The notes under the pieces: generated by a model
Seen by the model: the letters and a program-made list of their open reading frames with translations, nothing else
Databases searched by the model: none
Told to the model about the DNA's origin: nothing
Shown: positions 1 through 6,649 of the stretch, piece after piece
Position numbering within the stretch: position 1 is the stretch's first letter
Layout: each line of letters opens with the position of its first letter
Position numbers and translations under genes: made by a program
Virus record (IMG/VR): IMGVR_UViG_3300032291_000723
Direction: 5' to 3' (one strand)
Source of the DNA: an uncultured virus (IMG/VR IMGVR_UViG_3300032291_000723)
Taxonomy: Duplodnaviria; Heunggongvirae; Uroviricota; Caudoviricetes
DNA: 64,000 nt

Positions 1-2
1 AC

Positions 3-122
3 ATTCACATTGAACACGCAAGGCATAGTGACTTTGTAGTGATTGTTACTACGGATGATTACATTCAACCTGTTGCTACTTATATGGCACGGGTTCAGAC
101 TGTCTGTATGTATGGTGCCTAA
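3..122 (+). CDS. 3' part of an early hypothetical protein, truncated by window start
   Basis: Open frame IHIEHARHSDFVVIVTTDDYIQPVATYMARVQTVCMYGA ending TAA 120-122. Confidence 0.55.
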   Translation: MHIEHARHSDFVVIVTTDDYIQPVATYMARVQTVCMYGA

Positions 123-202
123 TCTAAGGGTGCTGAAAAGATTTCGATCCTGACTATCTTCGGATAGTCTAGGCACTACCTTCTTTCTTTCTAGGAGAAC
201 TA

Positions 203-355
203 ATGGGACCGTATGATATTGCTGTGGTTACTGGAGATCACACTGTGGTAGTGCATAAGGTTTATGCAGGTACTGAAGAAGAAGCAGTGGATTCTATTCG
301 TGCACTCTATAAGGAGACTACTATTATTGGTATCGTTCTTGGGGCTGAAGGATAA
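203..355 (+). CDS. Small early hypothetical protein (50 aa)
   Basis: AGGAGA RBS at 193-198, ATG 203, MGPYDIAVVTG...GAEG; below the ORF-track cutoff. Confidence 0.65.
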   Translation: MGPYDIAVVTGDHTVVVHKVYAGTEEEAVDSIRALYKETTIIGIVLGAEG

Positions 356-454
356 TGTATATTCCATTCATTGTTTCAGGTACTATTCTTTCTCTCTTGC
401 TGTGTTGTTACCTAGATTATCTGGGTTTCTTCAATTGGATAAAGGAGATTATCA

Positions 455-613
455 ATGAGCGGTTCTACCGTTGAACATGTGTATGATGTGGTCGTGAATG
501 GTATGTGCCTTGCTTCTTTCTGTAACAAGTACGAGGCTAATAGGTATGCCGTAGCGTATGCCAAGGATCATGCCGGATCTAATGTCGAAGTTGTTTATAA
601 TGGAAAAGGATAA
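455..613 (+). CDS. Small early hypothetical protein (52 aa)
   Basis: AAGGAGA RBS, MSGSTVEHVYDVVVNG...; phage-like T-ending codons. Confidence 0.65.
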   Translation: MSGSTVEHVYDVVVNGMCLASFCNKYEANRYAVAYAKDHAGSNVEVVYNGKG

Positions 614-618
614 CACCT

Positions 619-765
619 ATGAAGATTCATGTTGTGTTTGAGTTTCCCGATGTGAAGGATGTTGAGTCTACTGAAGCAGACTATATCCTTGAGTGTTTCT
701 CTGGTGATATGGGTAAGTATGCCGCCGGCATGTGTGAATGGTATATTGACGATGTAACGGAATAA
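619..765 (+). CDS. Small acidic early protein (48 aa)
   Basis: AAGGA RBS, MKIHVVFEFPDVKDVE...; tightly packed with neighbours. Confidence 0.6.
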   Translation: MKIHVVFEFPDVKDVESTEADYILECFSGDMGKYAAGMCEWYIDDVTE

Positions 766-769
766 ACAA

Positions 770-1609
770 ATGACTACTCTGCAAAAGAACTTTGTTGGTG
801 AATTCACTACCGTTGTTCGTTCTCCTAAGTCCGCACCCTCTTTCGATGGACAGAAGTATACGCCTAAGCAGTATCTCTTTGATGCCGAGCTGAATGAGTG
901 GGTATCTTTCTATTGGATTGATGCTCCCTTCCATAGTGATGGTGGTGGAGCACAATGTATGTGGCTTAGTAATAATGCAGAAGAAGAGAATGCTGAAGAG
1001 TTTGGAATCAAACTTACCAGTCAGAACCTTGGTGATGGTAAGGCTAAGGCAGCAGCATTCGCTATGTATCAACGACAGAAGGCAGCAGCAGAAGAATCGT
1101 GTGCTCCTCCTGTGCATGGAATGTGTTGCTTCAAGTATTATCATAAGGGTAATCGTAGTGTTACTACTTTTTGGGGTTATCTTTCTTGTGTAGCAGGTTG
1201 TGTTGGTGATATTGAAGAATCTGATGACTCTAGATGTGAGTATGATTCCTATGTTACTGAGCAGATGCATAAGTGGGATAAGTATGATGAGATCTCTGAT
1301 CTCTTGGATGAGATGAGTGTCTATAGCCGGAGTATCCTAGGCCATATTGCCATAGAGATTGGCCCTCATCCTGATGATTGTAACTACCATGATTGGTGTG
1401 ATGACAATGGCTATGAACAATACTTTGGTAAGCAGGATCTTTATGAGAACCTGAAGAACATTGACATTAGCCATGTACAGAATGACTGGCAATCCCTTGG
1501 TACTCCGGGATACCATCGCAATATGGGTGGTGATCTTCATGCCCATAACATGGGCTACTGGAATGGTAACCTTGTGTGTATTGACTTTGGCTATCACTGC
1601 GTTCAGTAA
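770..1609 (+). CDS. Protein-kinase-like protein (positional analogue of T7 gp0.7)
   Basis: Gly-rich loop SDGGGAQ, beta3 Lys (FGIK), catalytic loop GDLHAHN, metal-binding IDFG near the C-terminus. Confidence 0.75.
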   Translation: MTTLQKNFVGEFTTVVRSPKSAPSFDGQKYTPKQYLFDAELNEWVSFYWIDAPFHSDGGGAQCMWLSNNAEEENAEEFGIKLTSQNLGDGKAKAAAFAMYQRQKAAAEESCAPPVHGMCCFKYYHKGNRSVTTFWGYLSCVAGCVGDIEESDDSRCEYDSYVTEQMHKWDKYDEISDLLDEMSVYSRSILGHIAIEIGPHPDDCNYHDWCDDNGYEQYFGKQDLYENLKNIDISHVQNDWQSLGTPGYHRNMGGDLHAHNMGYWNGNLVCIDFGYHCVQ

Positions 1610-1617
1610 GGAAACAA

Positions 1618-1818
1618 ATGAATAATTCTTGCTACACAATCGTTAAGGAGTATGACCTCAATGGAGTATGGTTTACTGTGTATGTGGGACAGCATCCGAT
1701 TGATGGATTCAGAGATCCAAAGGATGCCTATCTCTTTGGAGAATGGTATACAAATTCAAGTAAAGAAGATACCGATGAACGACACCCATATATGGATAGC
1801 ACAAGTACTAACCTATGA
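1618..1818 (+). CDS. Early hypothetical protein
   Basis: AAGGA RBS; contiguous with kinase gene. Confidence 0.6.
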   Translation: MNNSCYTIVKEYDLNGVWFTVYVGQHPIDGFRDPKDAYLFGEWYTNSSKEDTDERHPYMDSTSTNL

Positions 1819-1881
1819 GTATCCTTGTTGGACCACGGTATGTGCCGGGGAAACTCCAACGCTTGCACTTATGGCGGCTTG

Positions 1882-1904
1882 CCGAATATGTGGGGCTATG
1901 GATA
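1882..1904 (+). promoter_or_regulatory. Putative phage RNAP promoter (variant copy)
   Basis: CCGAATATGTGGGGCTATGGATA, 20/23 identical to the copy at 60912. Confidence 0.6.
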
Positions 1905-1995
1905 GAATTCCATAGGACAAAACTACCAATAACCCCACCCCTAGGGGAACCTAGGATCTATAGTTTGTATAAATTATTTTTAGTATAGGATTACT

Positions 1996-2259
1996 TTGGA
2001 ACGAACAACCCACCACTTTGCTAATATCCCAACAGATTCTTACGGTAATATCTCCGTAGAGTTTGGAGTTCTTTGGACTACCCATCATAACAACTGGTAT
2101 CTTTCAGATATCTTTGTTGAGATGGCGGAACCCGATGTTCTTTCTATGGAAAGACTTCGACATCTTGTGCTTGACTTTGTTGAAGTCAACGGTTATAATC
2201 CCACTACCCCCTATGAAGGAGAGTATGATGAAGAGACTAATGATGCTGATCGAAGTTGA
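1996..2259 (+). CDS. Early hypothetical protein (acidic)
   Basis: AGGA RBS, TTG start, acidic tail. Confidence 0.55.
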   Translation: MERTTHHFANIPTDSYGNISVEFGVLWTTHHNNWYLSDIFVEMAEPDVLSMERLRHLVLDFVEVNGYNPTTPYEGEYDEETNDADRS

Positions 2260-2497
2260 GAATACGGAACAGCAACAGATGTTCTATGATGTACTTCAGG
2301 AGATGATTGAAGATCGTTCTCTTTGTGGGTACTTTACACTGGTCGATCATGGCGAGGGCATTGATGACCTACCTGATTACATGGACTACGAAACAAAGCA
2401 GTTGATCCCAGTAATTGCAGCGTTTGAACAAGAGTTTATTAATACTAACAAGCCAATGGATAATAAGCATGGATCAATCCACGACGATAATCTCTAA
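2240..2497 (+). CDS. Early hypothetical protein (acidic)
   Basis: Start moved to ATG 2240, overlapping the previous gene. Confidence 0.55.
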   Translation: MMLIEVENTEQQQMFYDVLQEMIEDRSLCGYFTLVDHGEGIDDLPDYMDYETKQLIPVIAAFEQEFINTNKPMDNKHGSIHDDNL

Positions 2498-2684
2498 CAA
2501 TATCGAACTGTTGCTTGAGGTCAAGGACAATATCCCTAACTGGATTCATAACTCAACCGCAAGGAATCAAGCGATTGATCTTCTGAATGATATGGATATC
2601 ATGACCTATAGAAAGTTTTGGCTGACTGAAGAAGAAGAGTTTCTTCTTGACTATATCTCTAACACTATTGAGGCTTACTGCTGA
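2469..2684 (+). CDS. Early hypothetical protein
   Basis: ATG 2469; TGATG stop/start coupling to next gene. Confidence 0.55.
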   Translation: MDQSTTIISNNIELLLEVKDNIPNWIHNSTARNQAIDLLNDMDIMTYRKFWLTEEEEFLLDYISNTIEAYC

Positions 2685-2920
2685 TGGCTACTGAGACTAA
2701 TGCTATGACTGAGGCGCTTGCTGTTCTGTCTGAGGCTATTGCTGAACAGGTTACTAAGAATCTTAATGATGTTATTAACCTTAAGATCAACCGCGCTATT
2801 GAAGAGTACATGGATAATGGTGACTTCCTCTATAGCCTTGAGGATACCATCAAGGATAAGATGTCTGATATCGTGGACGATCATGTTAGCAACATCTCTC
2901 TCCGTATTGAGGTCGATTAA
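2684..2920 (+). CDS. Early hypothetical protein (helical)
   Basis: GAGG RBS; coupled stop/start at both ends. Confidence 0.7.
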   Translation: MATETNAMTEALAVLSEAIAEQVTKNLNDVINLKINRAIEEYMDNGDFLYSLEDTIKDKMSDIVDDHVSNISLRIEVD

Positions 2921-3162
2921 TGAATAAGACATACGATATCTTTGGACCTATCGTGGTGAACTATTGGAAGGATTGCCTCAGTAATTGGCAGATTAATCCT
3001 GATAAGATTAACGAGAGCGATCTTACTGAGTGGATTAATACCATGGAATCTTTAGTGATGGATAATCTTTGTGATACAATCCCTGATGAATGGTATCCCG
3101 AAGATGATGAAGATGATGAGGAATGGGAAGACCTTCCTGATCATGATGATGAAGAAGACTAA
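2920..3162 (+). CDS. Early hypothetical protein with very acidic C-terminus
   Basis: TAATG coupling; ends EDDEDDEEWEDLPDHDDEED. Confidence 0.7.
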   Translation: MNKTYDIFGPIVVNYWKDCLSNWQINPDKINESDLTEWINTMESLVMDNLCDTIPDEWYPEDDEDDEEWEDLPDHDDEED

Positions 3163-3164
3163 CG

Positions 3165-3191
3165 CGGCTATGCCGTAAGGAGTTTGAGATG
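3165..3191 (+). repeat. Early-gene leader motif CGGCTATGCCG-n-AAGG-n-TTTGAGA-ATG
   Basis: Related copies at 63363-63395 and 63713-63745. Confidence 0.7.
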
Positions 3192-3458
3192 ATTGAAGGA
3201 ATCTTGATTGCTGTTGGAATTACTTTACCTATTGCACTTCTTATGTATGACATGATCATTTCTAAGAAGCGGTTGGATATTCTTGAGACTGAGGTTAATA
3301 CCTTGCGTACTTTAATGCGTGAGCTTAATGCAAACAAGGATACTGAGAAGCCTAGTAAGGTTGAAGAAGTTAATGCACAGCCTAGCAAGGGTGACCTAGC
3401 ATATGATATGCTTCGCGCTAATGCCAAGCGTGTTGGACTGAGCCATTGCTTTAAGTAA
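3189..3458 (+). CDS. Small membrane-anchored coiled-coil protein
   Basis: N-terminal hydrophobic helix ILIAVGITLPIALLMY; TAAGGAG RBS. Confidence 0.7.
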   Translation: MIEGILIAVGITLPIALLMYDMIISKKRLDILETEVNTLRTLMRELNANKDTEKPSKVEEVNAQPSKGDLAYDMLRANAKRVGLSHCFK

Positions 3459-3466
3459 TGGACATT

Positions 3467-3543
3467 GGAAGGGTGCCTGATAGATTGGTAAAAGGTCATC
3501 GCTTATAACGGTGCTAATGTGGGTTCGACTCCCATCCCTTCCA
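3467..3543 (+). tRNA. tRNA-Ile(UAU)
   Basis: Acceptor GGAAGGG/CCCTTCC, anticodon arm CATCG-CTTATAA-CGGTG, T arm GTGGG-TTCGACT-CCCAT, discriminator A; no encoded CCA. Confidence 0.85.
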
Positions 3544-3572
3544 TTCCCATATGGGATTACAAAGGAGATACT

Positions 3573-3947
3573 ATGAAGAAAGATATTGCTAAGATTTGGG
3601 TAGATGCTCTGCAGTCTGGTGAATATGATCAAGGATCTGAGTACTTGTGTGCAGGTGGTAAGTACTGTTGTCTTGGTGTTCTTTGTGATTTGTATGCTCA
3701 GGATTCTGCTGACAATCTTCGTATTGTAGAAAAGGAGAAGGGTGATAGTGGGTTTATTATTACCTACTATAATCATGACTCTGAAGTTCTTCCCGATGTT
3801 GTTCAGGAGTGGGCTGGTATGAGTACTAATACAGGTAAGTATCTTAGTGATTCCCTGTTTGAGTCCTCACTTGCTAGTGACAATGATCAAGGCGATACCT
3901 TTCATGAGCTGGCTAAGAAGATTGAATTGTATGCTGATGATCTGTAA
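3573..3947 (+). CDS. Phage hypothetical protein (WVxALxSGEYxQG...CCLGVLC type)
   Basis: AAAGGAG RBS before ATG 3573; motif pattern recurrent in phage ORFs. Confidence 0.75.
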   Translation: MKKDIAKIWVDALQSGEYDQGSEYLCAGGKYCCLGVLCDLYAQDSADNLRIVEKEKGDSGFIITYYNHDSEVLPDVVQEWAGMSTNTGKYLSDSLFESSLASDNDQGDTFHELAKKIELYADDL

Positions 3948-3954
3948 TTTGTTT

Positions 3955-4030
3955 GCCCTAGTATCGGCTCACTCTTCTAAAGTGTAGTACCGTAATTGGA
4001 TCTATGTTGGTTCGATTCCAACCTAGGGTG
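3955..4030 (+). tRNA. Non-canonical tRNA-Arg(UCU)-like gene lacking a normal D-arm
   Basis: Acceptor GCCCTAG/CTAGGGT, T arm GTTGG-TTCGATT-CCAAC, anticodon arm CACT-CTTCTAA-AGTG; only ~8 nt between acceptor and anticodon stems. Confidence 0.65.
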
Positions 4031-4107
4031 TGTTAAATCCGCTGCACAGTAGGCTTTGTCCCTACCTCCCTTGAGGCAGTTAAGTATGATGATGGGCGGC
4101 ATCGTAT

Positions 4108-4180
4108 GGCATCGTAGTCCAAAGGCAGAGACAGTTGACTTAAAATCAATCAAGTGTGGGTTCGACTCCCACCGATGCTA
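4108..4180 (+). tRNA. tRNA-Leu(UAA), short variable loop
   Basis: Acceptor GGCATCG/CGATGCT, anticodon arm GTTGA-CTTAAAA-TCAAT, 5-nt variable region, T arm GTGGG-TTCGACT-CCCAC. Confidence 0.9.
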
Positions 4181-4196
4181 CTAAGAAAGGATACTT

Positions 4197-4523
4197 ATGG
4201 GACTTGATAGTTTTGCTATGCTTGAAGATTGTCCGATGGATAGTAAGTTGTTTGAGCACCTTCCTCCTGTGCTGTGTGGTGGTATGTTCAGCGATGGACA
4301 TTCCTCTATTCGGGGTAAGGTTTATAATGAACTCGTGGAATCCACTAGTGGTATCTCTCTCTATCAGGAGAAGATCCCTAACTCTCAGGTTGCCATGATT
4401 GCTATGGCTCTTGAGGATGCAGGACATACTGGTTCTGGTTTATCAAGTAAAGAATACACTACTCTAATCGAATGGTTCAGGATCATTCACAACAATGGAG
4501 GATACATCATTGGCTGGTGGTAA
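4197..4523 (+). CDS. Phage hypothetical protein (MGLD... type)
   Basis: AAAGGA RBS; 108 aa. Confidence 0.75.
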   Translation: MGLDSFAMLEDCPMDSKLFEHLPPVLCGGMFSDGHSSIRGKVYNELVESTSGISLYQEKIPNSQVAMIAMALEDAGHTGSGLSSKEYTTLIEWFRIIHNNGGYIIGWW

Positions 4524-4529
4524 CCGATA

Positions 4530-4862
4530 ATGCTAATAAACACATTCACAAAAACGGTTGGATCTAATCCACATTTATATTCGATTTTTCAACTGGCCCT
4601 TGACAGAGGGACAACTTCATGGTATAATGGTCTATCATCCCCAAAATGGGATGATACACTACATATTATGCTGTCGATGATTCAGGTTGACACCACGCAA
4701 GGTATTGAGAATCGAATGATTAAACAGTATATTACTTATGAGGACCTTAAGGAACTGAGCATGCTGTTATGGCAAGCACAAACTGCATATGAATCCAGAC
4801 AGAAAGAACTCCAAGAAGAAGCTCAAAGAGCAAGAGAAGCCGCGAACGAAACCAAGGCTTGA
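4530..4862 (+). CDS. Hypothetical protein, C-terminal coiled coil; start uncertain
   Basis: ORF track; 5' part overlaps a consensus sigma70 promoter. Confidence 0.5.
   Translation: MLINTFTKTVGSNPHLYSIFQLALDRGTTSWYNGLSSPKWDDTLHIMLSMIQVDTTQGIENRMIKQYITYEDLKELSMLLWQAQTAYESRQKELQEEAQRAREAANETKA
4600..4628 (+). promoter_or_regulatory. Consensus host sigma70-type promoter
   Basis: TTGACA 4600-4605, 17-nt spacer, TG extended -10, TATAAT 4623-4628. Confidence 0.75.
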
Positions 4863-4940
4863 TCCCTACAAGAGAAGTAAAGTTAAGAATAATGACCGCG
4901 TTGGTCGTTATGATTCACAAGATATAGATTAAGGAATAGA

Positions 4941-5936
4941 ATGGCTCACAATATTACCGATACTGATGGCGCTGTGTTTCACAAGGAAGCAGCATGGCAT
5001 GGTCTTGGTCTCGTTATTCAGGATGATATGTCGCCTACTGAGGCTATGAAGATTGCTGGTCTTGACTGGACTGTTAGCAAGGTTGGTCCTGTGTTTGCAG
5101 GTAACCCACTCAATAGTGCTGCATCCTCTGATGAGTACGCTGCCATTGTTCGAAACGATACTAACACTATCCTTTCGATCCAGTCTCCTGACTATCAGAT
5201 CGTACAGAATAGTGAAGTGTTTGATATGGCCTACAACCTTGGTGCTGATATCAAGGTTGAGTCTGCGCTCTCCATGAATGGCGGCAAGCGTATGGTTGTG
5301 CTGTGCAAGACTGGTACTATGGATGCTGGTAATAGCAATGATCCGGTGGAACAGTACATGGCATTGATCAATAGCCATGATGGTACGCTTGCTGAGCAAG
5401 CCCTGCCTACCTCTGTCCGTATCGTGTGTCAGAATACTCTGAGCATGGCTATGGCTGCGGGTGCTAAGAAGGCTTTCCGTATCGTGCATACTGGTGATAT
5501 GAAGAAGAAGCGTGAGGCTATGGCCGATGCTCTCAAGTTCTATGCTAAGACTGGCAAGCTCTTTGAGGAGAAGGTTGATACCCTTGTCCGCAAGGAACTC
5601 AGCAAGGCAGATATCCAGAAGTTCTGGATGGATGTTTGGGGTCTGGTTGAGGAACCCGTTGTTGCTAATCCTCAGACTGAGAAGGAGTATGCCAACTATC
5701 TCAAGGCTACGGTTAGCCTTGCTAAGTGGGCAGATACCTTTGACTCTGAGCGTCAGCGTATCGGTGGTACTGCTAACCTTTGGCTTGCTGCTAATGCTGT
5801 GACCAAGGAACTGCAGCATCGTATCCCTGCCCGTGGTCGTAAGCCTTCCTTTGAATCTGCTGCCTTCAGCAATCTGCTTGGCAAGAATCAGGATACTACG
5901 ATTGATGTTATGAAGTACGCTCTTACCCTCGCTTAA
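4941..5936 (+). CDS. DUF932 family (TIGR03299-like) phage/plasmid protein
   Basis: MAHNI...AWHGLG...AGLDWTV...Y.IVQN...NSHDG...VRIVCQNTL signature. Confidence 0.85.
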   Translation: MAHNITDTDGAVFHKEAAWHGLGLVIQDDMSPTEAMKIAGLDWTVSKVGPVFAGNPLNSAASSDEYAAIVRNDTNTILSIQSPDYQIVQNSEVFDMAYNLGADIKVESALSMNGGKRMVVLCKTGTMDAGNSNDPVEQYMALINSHDGTLAEQALPTSVRIVCQNTLSMAMAAGAKKAFRIVHTGDMKKKREAMADALKFYAKTGKLFEEKVDTLVRKELSKADIQKFWMDVWGLVEEPVVANPQTEKEYANYLKATVSLAKWADTFDSERQRIGGTANLWLAANAVTKELQHRIPARGRKPSFESAAFSNLLGKNQDTTIDVMKYALTLA

Positions 5937-5946
5937 GGAAAACACT

Positions 5947-6228
5947 ATGGCTACCAAGAAGAACAATAAGAAGAAGACTGAGAAGAAGACTGTTGTTGTG
6001 GATGAACTGGCTCTTTACAAGACCTTTGCCGATGAGGTTAGTGAGGTTCACTATAGTCTCTTCCATCTAAAGGATGATGTTTTCATCGGAGAGGTTAGTA
6101 ATAAGGAACTAGTTGAGCGTCTGTTTGAACTGTGCCATGCACTTGACAAGGCGCTTGATACTATTGAAGTAGTCCAAGATGATGGCTATAATGATGACGA
6201 TGATGACTGGTATATTACTAGCGGCTAA
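5947..6228 (+). CDS. Hypothetical protein (basic N-terminus, acidic C-terminus)
   Basis: TAAGGA RBS. Confidence 0.7.
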   Translation: MATKKNNKKKTEKKTVVVDELALYKTFADEVSEVHYSLFHLKDDVFIGEVSNKELVERLFELCHALDKALDTIEVVQDDGYNDDDDDWYITSG

Positions 6229-6237
6229 GGAGTAACA

Positions 6238-6387
6238 ATGGGACGCGCATACTATAGCGATGCACATGGTTATGTGTGTGACTGCCGTGTTAAAGATGAT
6301 GCGTATGAAGACCTTTGCTTTATCTGCAAAGATCGTGTTGATACCAAACGCTTAGAAGAGGAAGAAGATACTGATGACGATTCATGA
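6238..6387 (+). CDS. Small Cys-containing protein (CxC...CxxC), 49 aa
   Basis: TAAGGAG RBS; MGRAYYSDAHGYVCDC...LCFICK...; below ORF-track cutoff. Confidence 0.6.
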   Translation: MGRAYYSDAHGYVCDCRVKDDAYEDLCFICKDRVDTKRLEEEEDTDDDS

Positions 6388-6574
6388 GTTTCAAAAGTTT
6401 ATTCCAGTTTGTACTGAGCTTGGAGATGGGTATCTCCTATATGTAGTGGATACTGGGATGTATTCTAATGCTTGCTATGCTGTTGTACTGTGCGATGGTG
6501 GTCACATCAAGCACTTTATGGATCACCAGATTACGGTGTACCCAAACAACACGACAATGATTACTGAGAAGTAA
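6374..6574 (+). CDS. Hypothetical protein
   Basis: ORF track; overlaps previous stop. Confidence 0.65.
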   Translation: MTIHEFQKFIPVCTELGDGYLLYVVDTGMYSNACYAVVLCDGGHIKHFMDHQITVYPNNTTMITEK

Positions 6575-6597
6575 CTACTATATTTGTTTTGTGAATC

Positions 6598-6631
6598 CTT
6601 GTAAGAAATACTTGTATGTTTTTCTTACAAG
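6598..6631 (+). promoter_or_regulatory. 11-bp hairpin just upstream of the RNAP gene (possible processing site)
   Basis: CTTGTAAGAAA / TTTCTTACAAG inverted repeat. Confidence 0.45.
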
Positions 6632-6649
6632 ACTAACCAAGGAGTCACT

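Noticed and set aside
114..180. Hammerhead ribozyme in the early intergenic junction
   Set aside because: The core CUGAnGA and GAAA are not present in the required arrangement on either strand
3519..3572. ORF-track starts at 3519 and 4156 (MGSTP...)
   Set aside because: They translate tRNA T-arms; the real starts with RBS are 3573 and 4197
3975..3981. Reading the second tRNA as an amber suppressor (CTA anticodon)
   Set aside because: Only the CT-TCT-AA register gives a paired stem (CACT/AGTG); core genes are not interrupted by TAG, so there is no sign of recoding
4929..5966. Long minus-strand ORFs (4929-5966, 52186-53130, 16441-17082, 668-1270 and others)
   Set aside because: Antisense shadows of well-supported + strand genes; no RBS or recognisable motifs
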